A model generated the notes under the pieces. That model worked only from the letters and a program-made list of their open reading frames with translations, had not been told where the DNA came from and searched no databases. From positions 523,714 through 587,713 of the forward strand of contig CAYJQI010000001.1 in the NCBI GenBank assembly GCA_964372485.1: 64,000 nt of DNA, in the 5' to 3' direction. Positions 1 to 8,925 of the stretch are shown piece by piece; the first letter of the stretch is position 1, and each line of letters begins with the position of its first letter. A program made the position numbers and the translations under genes. The stretch comes from an uncultured archaeon. GTDB lineage: Archaea; Aenigmatarchaeota; Aenigmatarchaeia; CG10238-14; SCSR01.

Positions 1-1
1 A

Positions 2-247
2 GGAAGAATAACAAATACAGGAAGAATAACTCTAGGAAATATAACCTTGCAAATTATTTACCAGAATGCAACGTTCAGAAGTATAATTCTAAATGACACT
101 GCAGGAGTTGCTTTGGCGCTTAAAGTTAATCAAATATCCACTTTCAATCAAACTGTTCACGGTACAAATTATGAGAAAATATGGGTTTACACGAATTGTA
201 CTGGTGTAACCGACATTGTAAGTAGTGGCGATGTAGTTTCTTGTTAA
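2..247 (+). CDS. C-terminal fragment of an unidentified, probably secreted/glycosylated protein (5' end outside window)
   Basis: Frame is open from base 2 (GRITNTGRITLGNITLQIIYQNATF...) to TAA 245-247. Several N-x-S/T sequons. No family motif recognised. Confidence 0.35.
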   Translation, partial: GRITNTGRITLGNITLQIIYQNATFRSIILNDTAGVALALKVNQISTFNQTVHGTNYEKIWVYTNCTGVTDIVSSGDVVSC

Positions 248-285
248 ATTTTTAATTTTCTACTTAGTAAATTTAGACTTTATCG

Positions 286-1110
286 TTAAGCAAATAATAT
301 GAATATTATAACTCCAGCAACCATCATGAAAAAGCTATGTTTAACACCGCCAACCAATACGCCTTCTGACATTTTTCCTACAGTAAGTCCAGCAAATAAT
401 CCTTCCAATAAAATAAGATTTCTGAAAAGATCTTCATATTCTGCTGCTAGTTGTGGTTGAGGAATAGTTTCAGCTAATGATGTCAAACTTGTGCTTGCCC
501 GACCTAGACTGGGAACAAGGAATCTATTCAAACCTATTATGACCGCAAGGAAAACAAAGAAAATTATATATCCTGTGATTATTTGCGAATTAAGGAATAA
601 TTTTCTTTCAGCTCTCATTCTTTCTACTTCTACCGCAGTCCCGCTTAGAGCCTCAATTGTATTGGTTAATTTACTACCAAATCTATGACTTTCGACAATG
701 GTTGATGTTGTTCTGAAAATGATTTTTGATCGAGTCTCTATCGCAAATTTCAATAAAACTTTCTCTGCAGGTATTCCCCAGTCAAATTGCGCCGCCATTT
801 TTTTAACGAGAGGTGTCATAATACCGTAATGGTTACTTGAGACTGCTTTGAATGCCTGTGGCAATGTCATACCACCTCTAAGAGCTTCTACTAAATCCTG
901 CAAGAATATTGGAAAATTTTTTTCCATTTCTCTCTGGCGTTTATTTTCTGAATATTTAATAAGAATTAACGGTAAACTTATAACCGCAGCGCCGATCATG
1001 TAGAGTGATGTTTCATATGTTATTATTTTTGAGAGATAGTAAAAATTGAAAAGTGCAAATCCAACATAAACTACAAATGCACCTATTGACAAAATTGCAA
1101 ATGGGATCAT
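286..1110 (-). CDS. Type IV pilus/archaellum-type membrane platform protein, T2SS-F domain (TadC/FlaJ-like)
   Basis: 274 aa with TM helices at both ends around a soluble helical domain. Its start overlaps the stop of the upstream paralogue by 4 nt (1107-1110). Same strand and operon as the secretion ATPase. Confidence 0.65.
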   Translation of the reverse strand: MIPFAILSIGAFVVYVGFALFNFYYLSKIITYETSLYMIGAAVISLPLILIKYSENKRQREMEKNFPIFLQDLVEALRGGMTLPQAFKAVSSNHYGIMTPLVKKMAAQFDWGIPAEKVLLKFAIETRSKIIFRTTSTIVESHRFGSKLTNTIEALSGTAVEVERMRAERKLFLNSQIITGYIIFFVFLAVIIGLNRFLVPSLGRASTSLTSLAETIPQPQLAAEYEDLFRNLILLEGLFAGLTVGKMSEGVLVGGVKHSFFMMVAGVIIFILFA

Positions 1111-2003
1111 ATTTCAACCTCGACTCCCCTTAGGAATAGGATAAATCCTACATTAAGTATAGGGATGAATGCATAGATGCTCAATTTCGTTAATGTTAAT
1201 ATGTCAAACCCTCCTATGTTTGGCTGGATCATGCTCATTACTGCAAATAATGCTATAATGAATAATGGTGCAGCGATCAAAATACCTGTGTAGAATTCTG
1301 CATATGCAGACAATTGTTGCATGAATTTTTCTCTTTTCAATTTCCAATTGAACAACGCCTGGTCACCTGCATTTTTTATATAAGTTTTAATATCACCACC
1401 ACTCTCTGATGTACTGATAACACCTAAAAGTAATTGTCTTAATTCTGCACTGGGAGTCCTTTCAGCAGCTTCTTTTATAGCTGTAACCGGATCAATTCCA
1501 AAGACATCTATATTTCTTACCAGTAATTTCATTTCTCTGGAAAGTTCCCCATACTCTTCGAACTTGCTCATCAGCTTGAATATCATATATGGTGGAACTC
1601 CTGATTCAGAAATTGCTCCCATGTGAATAAGTGCAAATGGAAGACTAGTATCAATGCTTCTTCTCATTCCATTCATTTTTTGATATGGAAGAAAAATTAG
1701 TACAATAAACATGATGATCGAAAGCATCACAGGCATGTAAATATACAGAATAAATTTCAAAGATCCTGGAATACTTAGAAACATGAAAACTATTGTCAAA
1801 AATAAAATAGAAACAAAGTACATCACGATTGAACTCAGAAAAGTTGCACTAAGGTAAGTTCTGAATGGAACTTTTATTCCTGCTTTCGGTAAACTTTCCT
1901 TCAGAAATCCAAACTGTTTGCCAAATTTGTCTACCAAACCTCCAAATAAACTTGTAGCAAATCCATAGTAGGAAATCATTATTATCTGTATTAATATTGG
2001 CAT
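1107..2003 (-). CDS. Type IV pilus/archaellum-type membrane platform protein, T2SS-F domain (TadB/FlaJ-like)
   Basis: 298 aa with the same TM - helical domain - TM layout. It lies 19 nt downstream of the ATPase gene and overlaps the next gene by 4 nt. Confidence 0.6.
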   Translation of the reverse strand: MPILIQIIMISYYGFATSLFGGLVDKFGKQFGFLKESLPKAGIKVPFRTYLSATFLSSIVMYFVSILFLTIVFMFLSIPGSLKFILYIYMPVMLSIIMFIVLIFLPYQKMNGMRRSIDTSLPFALIHMGAISESGVPPYMIFKLMSKFEEYGELSREMKLLVRNIDVFGIDPVTAIKEAAERTPSAELRQLLLGVISTSESGGDIKTYIKNAGDQALFNWKLKREKFMQQLSAYAEFYTGILIAAPLFIIALFAVMSMIQPNIGGFDILTLTKLSIYAFIPILNVGFILFLRGVEVEI

Positions 2004-2022
2004 TCAGCATAGGTAAAGTTTT

Positions 2023-3810
2023 CTAATGAGCAGCTTCTTTTATCATTTTGAATCCAAGCAAATCAAGAATAGATGTTCTCCTTCTTCTTTCTTCAGGAAT
2101 AGGTTCGGGTTGAGGTTCATTGATAATTTCTGGTTTTTCAATCGGTACAACTTGTTTTACTTCTTCCTTCTTTTTAGTATCTTGTAGCTTATCCATCAAC
2201 TGATTCAATTTTTCAGGTTCCTTGTAATACATGTTAATGTAGCTTACAACTTCCATGTAGTCTTTTATATTCTTGGATAACAACCATTCTAAAACTTGCT
2301 GTCTCTTTACCAGTTCTTCTTTCGCATCTTCAAGAGTTCCACCCTTTGCCTCAGCCAATCTTTCTATTACTTGACTATCATTTACTTTTTCAAACGTATC
2401 GCCTGTAGGATTCCAAAGGAAAACGAGATTTGTTTTTACCTCATCAGATTTTGGATCGACCGAAATTATCTCGACAATTTCTTTTACACGTCGTGCAGAT
2501 TCTCCTTTTTCTCTTGCGTGGGTCATAATTGTGACTATATTCAAACTTTCTAGGAGAATCGGTGAAAGTTCGATTGGTGGAGATGTTAATCTTTTGACAA
2601 CAGCATCTACAGAATTCGCGTGGAATGTGCTTAATGAACTGTGACCAGATGCCATTCCCTGAAACATAACATAAGCTTCTTTACCACGTGTTTCACCGAC
2701 TATAACATAATCAGGATTCTGTCTGAAACTTTCTCTAAGCAAATCGAACATTGTAACTTCACCGTATTTAGCACCAGATGCCATAGGAATTCCAAATCCT
2801 GTTCTTGCCAATCCGGACACCCAATGTTCATGTGGAATTCTAATTTCCTTCGTATCTTCAATCGAAACTATCTTTTTCTCAGTTGGAATGAACATGCAAA
2901 CAGAATTCAAAAGTGTTGTTTTACCTGTTGCAGTACCTCCAACAAAAAGAACATTTGCACCATTTTCAAGCATATACCAAAAATAAGCCATGATTTCTGG
3001 GCTTGCGGTTTTTACATCAATCTGTTCAACAGGTGATAAAGGTTTTTCACCAAATTTACGAATAGTGAAAGTAGGGCCTCGTGTAGCAACATCACCGGCA
3101 ATTGTTGCGGAAATTCTAGAACCATCAGGTAAAGTTCCATCAAGCATAGGTTCTGCATAACTAACATACCTTCCACTCACTTCGGCAAGTTTTACAACAA
3201 ATTCTCTCAAAACTTCTTCATTTTCAAAACTCAACGATGTTCTGATAGATCCGTATTTACGATGAACGACAAAAATTGGTGTGTTAATTCCATCACAGCT
3301 TATATCCTCTATATTTGGATCTTGCATCAATACATCAATGTCATTAAATCCAACAAAATTTCTGTAGATATAGTACATGAATTTAACATATTGGTTAAGG
3401 CTTAGTCTCCATCCAAAATCTTCCAAGACTTTGCTGAACTGACTTTGTAAATATTCAACTGCCTTGGTTTTTTCTTTCAATGCCGATAGCTCAACTTCTA
3501 CTAGTTGAATTAATGCATCAGAAATTTTTGCAATAGAATCCTTTTCATCATCTGACAAGACAGGTTCTATTACATTATAAACAATCTCTTTTGTATCAGG
3601 ATCCCATTTGATGTTGACATAAGCGAAAGGATCTACAACAGGATATATAACATTTACTTTTGAAGGATCTGTAGCATCTGGCAATTCGATTATCTTCGTA
3701 ACCTTTTCCATCCTCATTCCTGGTAAAGGCTCTTCATTTGTGTGTTTTTCAGTAAGTTTTCTGTAAAACAGTCCTCTCAATTTCTTGATCTTATCGAGTA
3801 CCATCGCCAT
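2023..3810 (-). CDS. Type II/IV secretion-family ATPase (FlaI/TadA/VirB11-like pilus assembly ATPase)
   Basis: 595 aa. Walker A FVGGTATGKTTLLNS, Walker B region PDYVIVGETRGKEA and a His-box-like GHSSLSTFHA. Lys/Glu-rich C-terminal tail. Confidence 0.85.
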   Translation of the reverse strand: MAMVLDKIKKLRGLFYRKLTEKHTNEEPLPGMRMEKVTKIIELPDATDPSKVNVIYPVVDPFAYVNIKWDPDTKEIVYNVIEPVLSDDEKDSIAKISDALIQLVEVELSALKEKTKAVEYLQSQFSKVLEDFGWRLSLNQYVKFMYYIYRNFVGFNDIDVLMQDPNIEDISCDGINTPIFVVHRKYGSIRTSLSFENEEVLREFVVKLAEVSGRYVSYAEPMLDGTLPDGSRISATIAGDVATRGPTFTIRKFGEKPLSPVEQIDVKTASPEIMAYFWYMLENGANVLFVGGTATGKTTLLNSVCMFIPTEKKIVSIEDTKEIRIPHEHWVSGLARTGFGIPMASGAKYGEVTMFDLLRESFRQNPDYVIVGETRGKEAYVMFQGMASGHSSLSTFHANSVDAVVKRLTSPPIELSPILLESLNIVTIMTHAREKGESARRVKEIVEIISVDPKSDEVKTNLVFLWNPTGDTFEKVNDSQVIERLAEAKGGTLEDAKEELVKRQQVLEWLLSKNIKDYMEVVSYINMYYKEPEKLNQLMDKLQDTKKKEEVKQVVPIEKPEIINEPQPEPIPEERRRRTSILDLLGFKMIKEAAH

Positions 3811-4105
3811 ACCTTCCCATAGGACGGGAGAACCCCTTTTTTCTCACTGCTTTTCCAGGTTGCACAATGTGCCTGAACCTAGCACAGCTTGGACAATATC
3901 TCATGACTCTGCTCATCATGCTTACCATTCTTTTGTCCATCTGCTGGAGCACAAAAGGATCATTTATTCTCATGCCTCGTCTAACAGTGAATGTTTTGTA
4001 TCTAGGAACATCTCTGCCACAGCCGTCGCAAGTGACTTTTCTTTCATTTCCCCTTGATGTGCCATGCTGATATGATCTTTTATATGGTGCTTCACTGATT
4101 GGCAT
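3791..4105 (-). CDS. rps26e: Ribosomal protein S26e (eS26)
   Basis: 104-aa basic protein. RGNERKVTCDGCGRDVPRYK ... YCPSCARFRHIV matches the eS26 zinc-ribbon pattern as I recall it from eukaryotic RPS26. Its 3' end overlaps the annotated ATPase start by 20 nt. Confidence 0.7.
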   Translation of the reverse strand: MPISEAPYKRSYQHGTSRGNERKVTCDGCGRDVPRYKTFTVRRGMRINDPFVLQQMDKRMVSMMSRVMRYCPSCARFRHIVQPGKAVRKKGFSRPMGRYGDGTR

Positions 4106-4163
4106 AAATAAACTTATTCTTCAATCGTAATAAAGGTTTTAATACTCTAGTCCAATTTAGGTT

Positions 4164-4820
4164 ATGTCGACATTGGATGATATATCATGGTTTGGACATG
4201 CCAGTTTCATGGTCGAGAATAAACTAGGAGGAAAATTCTATTTTTTGGATCCATTTGATATAAAGAGACTTCCGAACGAAAAGATGGATGCTATTTTTAT
4301 TTCACATGCACACTTTGATCACTGGAGTCCGAATGATATCAGGAAATTGATAACTCCAGATACAGTTATTGTAGGTGTGAATGGGTGTCAGAATCTAAAC
4401 TTGCCCAATAATGCATTCATGATTGTTGAACCAAACAGGCTTTTTACAGTCTCTGATATAAAAGTTAAAACAATTCCAGCCTACAACATAAAACCTGATA
4501 GAACAACATTTCATCCGAAAGAAAATAAATGGGTTGGATATGTCCTAGATGTTGGAGGTATGAAAATATATCATGCTGGAGATACAGATTTGATACCTGA
4601 AATGAAAACTCTTTCTGATATTGATGTGGCGATGCTTCCAATCGGCGGAACATATACAATGGACGTGAAAGAAGCAACAGAAGCTGCGAATATAATCAAG
4701 GCGGATGTTACTATACCAATGCATTATCGAAGACTTTTGGGAAATAATGCAAAATCTGCAGAAGAAGAATTCAAAGCTGGTGTAAAGGGGAAGGTAGAAG
4801 TATTAAGAGAATTGTCTTAA
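4164..4820 (+). CDS. Metallo-beta-lactamase-fold hydrolase (UPF0173-like)
   Basis: 218 aa with the HAHFDHW (HxHxDH) motif and later His/Asp ligands (YHAGDTD, PMHY). Confidence 0.7.
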   Translation: MSTLDDISWFGHASFMVENKLGGKFYFLDPFDIKRLPNEKMDAIFISHAHFDHWSPNDIRKLITPDTVIVGVNGCQNLNLPNNAFMIVEPNRLFTVSDIKVKTIPAYNIKPDRTTFHPKENKWVGYVLDVGGMKIYHAGDTDLIPEMKTLSDIDVAMLPIGGTYTMDVKEATEAANIIKADVTIPMHYRRLLGNNAKSAEEEFKAGVKGKVEVLRELS

Positions 4821-4859
4821 CTCACTTAACTATTAAAATCTTATAACTTATTCTTAGAT

Positions 4860-5045
4860 ATGCCATATTGGTTATGTGAAAAATGTGAGACGGTATATGT
4901 AGAAGATAGAGAAGCTGTAAGATGCTATCTCTGCGGAAATAAAGAACTGTCTAAATATGACCAATGGGAAAATTTGAGAAATGAAATAAAACCACTAAAA
5001 CCGGGTGTTCTTCGGAAACAAAGATTATCAATGGCCGATTATTAA
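4860..5045 (+). CDS. Small zinc-ribbon protein
   Basis: 61 aa with a CEKC ... CYLC pair of CxxC knuckles. Sits in an intergenic-sized slot between supported genes. Confidence 0.4.
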   Translation: MPYWLCEKCETVYVEDREAVRCYLCGNKELSKYDQWENLRNEIKPLKPGVLRKQRLSMADY

Positions 5046-5083
5046 AGTTAATATTATAAATTTAAGGGAGGTGACAAATAAAA

Positions 5084-6591
5084 ATGCCGTTTAGTAACAA
5101 AGTATTCAAGAAACCTGAGTTCAAGAAAATATCAGATGTAATCTGGGAAATACCTACAAGTTTCAAACCTGGAATGAGAGTTCCTGCTAGAGTATATGCT
5201 AGTAAAAAAATTGTAGATCAAATGGACTTGCATGTGTATGATCAGATAACAAATGTTGCCAACTTACCAGGAATCCAAAAATATGCATTCTGCATGCCCG
5301 ATGGCCATATCTCTTCTAGTTAATTCTAAAGAGAGACAATTCCGGGTACGGATTTCCGATAGGAGGTGTTGTAGCATTAGATCCAGAAGAAGGTGGAGTT
5401 ATTTCACCCGGAGGAATTGGTTATGACATCAATTGTGGAATGAGACTCGTTCTAACAAATCTAACTTTGAATGATGTTAAACCTCATCTGAAAACTTTGG
5501 TTGATAAATTATTTGATCGAGTTCCTGCTGGTGTTGGTTCAAGCGGATTTGTAAAATTAACAAAAGATGATTTTAGAAAAGTTGTGATGGAAGGTTCTGA
5601 ATGGGCTATTGAAAAGGGATATGGTTGGAAGGAAGATTTGGAACGAACAGAATTAAATGGTAGAGCTGATTGGGCAGATGTTTCTAAAGTTTCATCGAAA
5701 GCTGTTGAAAGAGGAGTTAATCAAATAGGAACTTTAGGTTCTGGTAATCATTATCTGGAAATTCAAGTTGTGAAGGATGAAAATATTTTCGACAAGGAGC
5801 TTGCAAAGAAATGGGGACTATTTCCAAATCAGATTGTTATAATGTTCCACTGCGGATCACGAGGATTTGGTCATCAAATCGGAACAGATTATTTGGAATT
5901 ATTCCTTTCAGTGATGGAAAAGAAATATGGAATTAAAATTTTGGATCCAGAACTAGCATGCGCACCATTCAACTCTCCGGAAGGACAAGATTACTTCAAA
6001 GCGATGGCATGTGGTGTGAATATGAGCTTCGCTAATCGTCAAGTTATTCTACATAGAATTAGAGAAGTATTCTCAGATGTCTTTAAACAAGATGCAGAAA
6101 AATTAGGAATGAAAATGGTTTTTGACGTTTCACATAACAGAGCTTCGTTAGAAGAACATGAAGTCGATGGAAAGAAGAAAAAGTTAGTTGTTCATCGAAA
6201 AGGTGCAACAGGTTCTTATCCTCCAGGTCGAGTGGAAATACCAAAATTGTATCGTGATGATGGTAGTCCAGTAATTATAGGTGGAAGCATGGAAACAGGA
6301 TCATATCTTTTGGTCGGCGGTGATAAAGCCAATGAGACTTTTTGTAGTACTGCGCATGGGAGTGGAAGAACAATGAGTAGAACTGCTGCTACACGACAAT
6401 TTAAAGGCGAAGTATTGCATAAAGAGATGCTTTCCCGTGGGATATATGTCAAATCTGTATCATGGTCAGGACTTGCTGAAGAAGCCGGTGGTGCATACAA
6501 GAATGTTGATGATGTCATAGAAGCTACCCATCAAGCGGGGATTTCTAAAAAAGTAGTAAAACTTTTACCAATTGGTAATTTGAAAGGCTGA
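5084..6591 (+). CDS. rtcB: RNA-splicing ligase RtcB, reading frame interrupted by a 32-nt insert at 5309-5340
   Basis: ORF 5084-5323 ends ...LPGIQKYAFCMPDGH. The shifted frame from 5341 reads SGYGFPIGGVVALDPEEGGVISPGGIGYDINCGMRL and runs into ORF 5440-6591. That ORF carries the GSGNHY, HCGSRGFGHQ, HRKGAT and STAHGSGR blocks typical of RtcB. Confidence 0.85.
5309..5340 (+). other. 32-nt intervening sequence inside the rtcB active-site motif (candidate mRNA intron, indel artefact or disruption)
   Basis: Sequence atctcttctagttaattctaaagagagacaat. Removing it restores MPDGH-S-GYGFPIGG in one frame. Internal pairing: 5310-5315 with 5331-5336, and 5317-5319 with 5326-5328. Confidence 0.6.
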
Positions 6592-6596
6592 TTAAC

Positions 6597-7466
6597 TCAT
6601 ACTTGAAACCACATTTCATTAATCTTCTCTACCTTACTTTCATGTCTTAAAGGTAATTGACTAATTAAACTAAATACATCTTTTCTGTTAGAAACTTCCA
6701 CTGCAAAATAGTCTGATCTATAAGTTATTAATTTTCCATCATAATATCTGATGTCACCATTCCTACCGAACATATGGATGTGTACTTTGAATCCGAAATC
6801 TTCTAACTTATGTTGAATAATCTGAAGCAAATCTTTGTTAGTGTTATATAATCTAATTACAAACTGCAAGAATTTATCTGATCTCTTAATCATTATGCTA
6901 CCGTCAGCATCTATAAAACCAGCAAGGAAATGTAGGAATTCTTTCTTATTTAGATCATTAACAAACGAAATATCTTTCTTTGCTTTAATTAAAAATTCAA
7001 AACTTTTTAGATCTAGATCAATAGATAATCCGAATTCTTTAATGCGTTTTTTATTTTGGCGAATGGTTATATGACCATATTTACTAAAGGTATTTTGAAA
7101 AAGTTCAACAAATTGGTTAACAGTAGTGTTTGTTATTAGTCGAAGAGTGTATTTTGATTTTTTGTACGTGGAAATATCTCCTACAACTAGACCAGTTAAA
7201 TATGCCTTTTCTTTTTCATCTCCATTAAAAATAAATCTCTTATATTTTCTATTCGTTGTTATAACTTCTTCACTAGTTCTTACTAGAATGTTGTTCTCTT
7301 CTAAAATTTTATGAATAGTTTGTTTTGAAGAATTGAAAAGTTTAGATAATTTTCTCAGAGAGAGCATATCTTCTGTATAGAGTTTCACTATTTCGTCAAT
7401 AGGTAAATGCTTTCTTTTCGCATCTTTTATGTTGTTTATAGTTTCTGGATCCATCTCGGTCACCAA
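6597..7466 (-). CDS. Free-standing double-motif LAGLIDADG homing-endonuclease-like protein with N-terminal HTH-like region
   Basis: 289 aa with two LAGLIDADG-type motifs, YLTGLVVGDIS and FLAGFIDADGSI. N-terminal LSLRKLSKLFNSSKQTIHKILEEN looks like a helix-turn-helix. Convergent with rtcB, stops 6 nt apart. Confidence 0.75.
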   Translation of the reverse strand: MVTEMDPETINNIKDAKRKHLPIDEIVKLYTEDMLSLRKLSKLFNSSKQTIHKILEENNILVRTSEEVITTNRKYKRFIFNGDEKEKAYLTGLVVGDISTYKKSKYTLRLITNTTVNQFVELFQNTFSKYGHITIRQNKKRIKEFGLSIDLDLKSFEFLIKAKKDISFVNDLNKKEFLHFLAGFIDADGSIMIKRSDKFLQFVIRLYNTNKDLLQIIQHKLEDFGFKVHIHMFGRNGDIRYYDGKLITYRSDYFAVEVSNRKDVFSLISQLPLRHESKVEKINEMWFQV

Positions 7467-7536
7467 TCTATATACATTGATATTTAGAATATATAAGTTT
7501 TTCGGATGTTTATTTCTTTTACAATATGTTTAATAT

Positions 7537-7866
7537 ATGAAACTTTCAGAAAAGAAATGTGTTCCATGTGAAGGTGATGCGGAACCATTTGATACTGACG
7601 AAGCGAAGAAATATTTACAATATGCTCCTGGATGGAAGTTAGTTGGAAATTCAATTGAAAAAGAATTCAAGTTCAAAGATTTCAAAGAAGCATTGGATTT
7701 TGTTAACAAAGTTGGAGAAATTGCTGAAGATGAAGGACATCACCCTGACATTTTACTTCATGGATGGAATAAAGTTAAATTAACTCTTACTACACATGCA
7801 ATTAATGGTCTGAGTGAAAATGATTTTATTATTGCTGCTAAAATCGGTGAATTGCCAAAAGGTTAA
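7537..7866 (+). CDS. Pterin-4-alpha-carbinolamine dehydratase (PCD/DCoH family)
   Basis: 109 aa with EDEGHHPDILLHGWNKVKLTLTTH, the family signature, and the typical N-terminal CVPCEG segment. Confidence 0.85.
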   Translation: MKLSEKKCVPCEGDAEPFDTDEAKKYLQYAPGWKLVGNSIEKEFKFKDFKEALDFVNKVGEIAEDEGHHPDILLHGWNKVKLTLTTHAINGLSENDFIIAAKIGELPKG

Positions 7867-7886
7867 TAAATCGCTTAAGGATTTAT

Positions 7887-8888
7887 ATGCCTTCATGGAC
7901 TCATAGAACAAGAAAACAATTGTTCCGATATCTGACAGTGAAAGAGAAAGAAAAAAGATATCATAATCATGTACATATGAGACCAGGTGATGTTACTTCC
8001 ACCTCGGATGTATTTTATCTGGTTTCAACATTAGGACCAGAAGATTTAATTTATCTGCCAACTAGTTATTCAATTCTCGAAGGAAGAACCGCACGACAAT
8101 TTATGCGATATGGTGAATTTGTTTCTATAGGAACACAAGAAAAAAACATGATCAAGTCTGCTAAATATGCATTAGGATTTGACACAGATACTATACCAGC
8201 AGGTGTTTCATGGAGTACAAAAGATGTAATATCTCAACTTACTTTTCTTTCAGCTATACATGGCCAAATTATAGTAGAAGTTGTTGAAGGTGAACATGCA
8301 GATGAATTATTTAAATTCCAAGGTATGACTAGAGAAAGAATAGTTGTAACTCCGAATTATCGTGAAAATAATATAGGATGTATAGTTCCTTCTCGTTCAC
8401 GACAAGGTATTACGATGCATATAATATCAATAAATAATCCACCAGGCATTTTAAGCGGGTTTGAATGGTATGATACAGTTACAAAGCATGTATGTGGTGA
8501 CACGACATTTAATAAAGAACTCAACGTAGGTGCACAAGTTACAGGTATAGAAGATCATTCCGTAGCTGCATTGATAATGGCAGAAAGATTTATGCGTAAT
8601 TTTTCTCCTTTCAAATCTTCTTTAGTATTGCCCCCAACAAAAGAATTTGCAGATGTCAATCGAAAATTAGCTAATCAATTTGTTAAACTTGAATGGAAAA
8701 GGGGGGAAGTTACGCCAAGAAATTTGAATGAGGGGGAACTAAATTCATTGTTGGGAAGTTATATTAACATAAGAAGAAAACGATTAGGTAGAAATGTGGG
8801 CGATAATATGTTTCTTGATAGCATGGAAGAGTTTGAAAGAGAATTAAGAAAAGATAACTATATTCTTGAAATTCTCTTTCCAAGTTAG
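7887..8888 (+). CDS. Hypothetical protein (333 aa), no motif recognised
   Basis: Long uninterrupted ORF filling the gap between PCD and archease on the same strand. No shadow-ORF explanation applies. Confidence 0.5.
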   Translation: MPSWTHRTRKQLFRYLTVKEKEKRYHNHVHMRPGDVTSTSDVFYLVSTLGPEDLIYLPTSYSILEGRTARQFMRYGEFVSIGTQEKNMIKSAKYALGFDTDTIPAGVSWSTKDVISQLTFLSAIHGQIIVEVVEGEHADELFKFQGMTRERIVVTPNYRENNIGCIVPSRSRQGITMHIISINNPPGILSGFEWYDTVTKHVCGDTTFNKELNVGAQVTGIEDHSVAALIMAERFMRNFSPFKSSLVLPPTKEFADVNRKLANQFVKLEWKRGEVTPRNLNEGELNSLLGSYINIRRKRLGRNVGDNMFLDSMEEFERELRKDNYILEILFPS

Positions 8889-8925
8889 TTTTAAAGATTT
8901 TATTGTTGACAATTCAAGTTTTATT

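Noticed and set aside
2296-3036. Track ORFs 2296-2553 and 2641-3036 (+), and similar ORFs 491-688, 3785-4070, 4465-4677, 6216-6518, 6835-7314
   Set aside because: These are antisense or alternative-frame shadow ORFs lying wholly inside well-supported genes (secretion ATPase, platform, S26e, MBL, RtcB, LAGLIDADG). Their composition is low-complexity and they carry no motifs.
5291-5360. Canonical hBHBh' splicing motif around the rtcB insert
   Set aside because: I tested all four splice registers that restore MPDGH-x-GYG (exon 1 ending at 5308-5311 with 32 nt removed). None gives a 4-bp central helix flanked by two 3-nt bulges. Only a relaxed fold that excises 23 nt can be drawn. The intron idea is kept as a hypothesis, not as a call.
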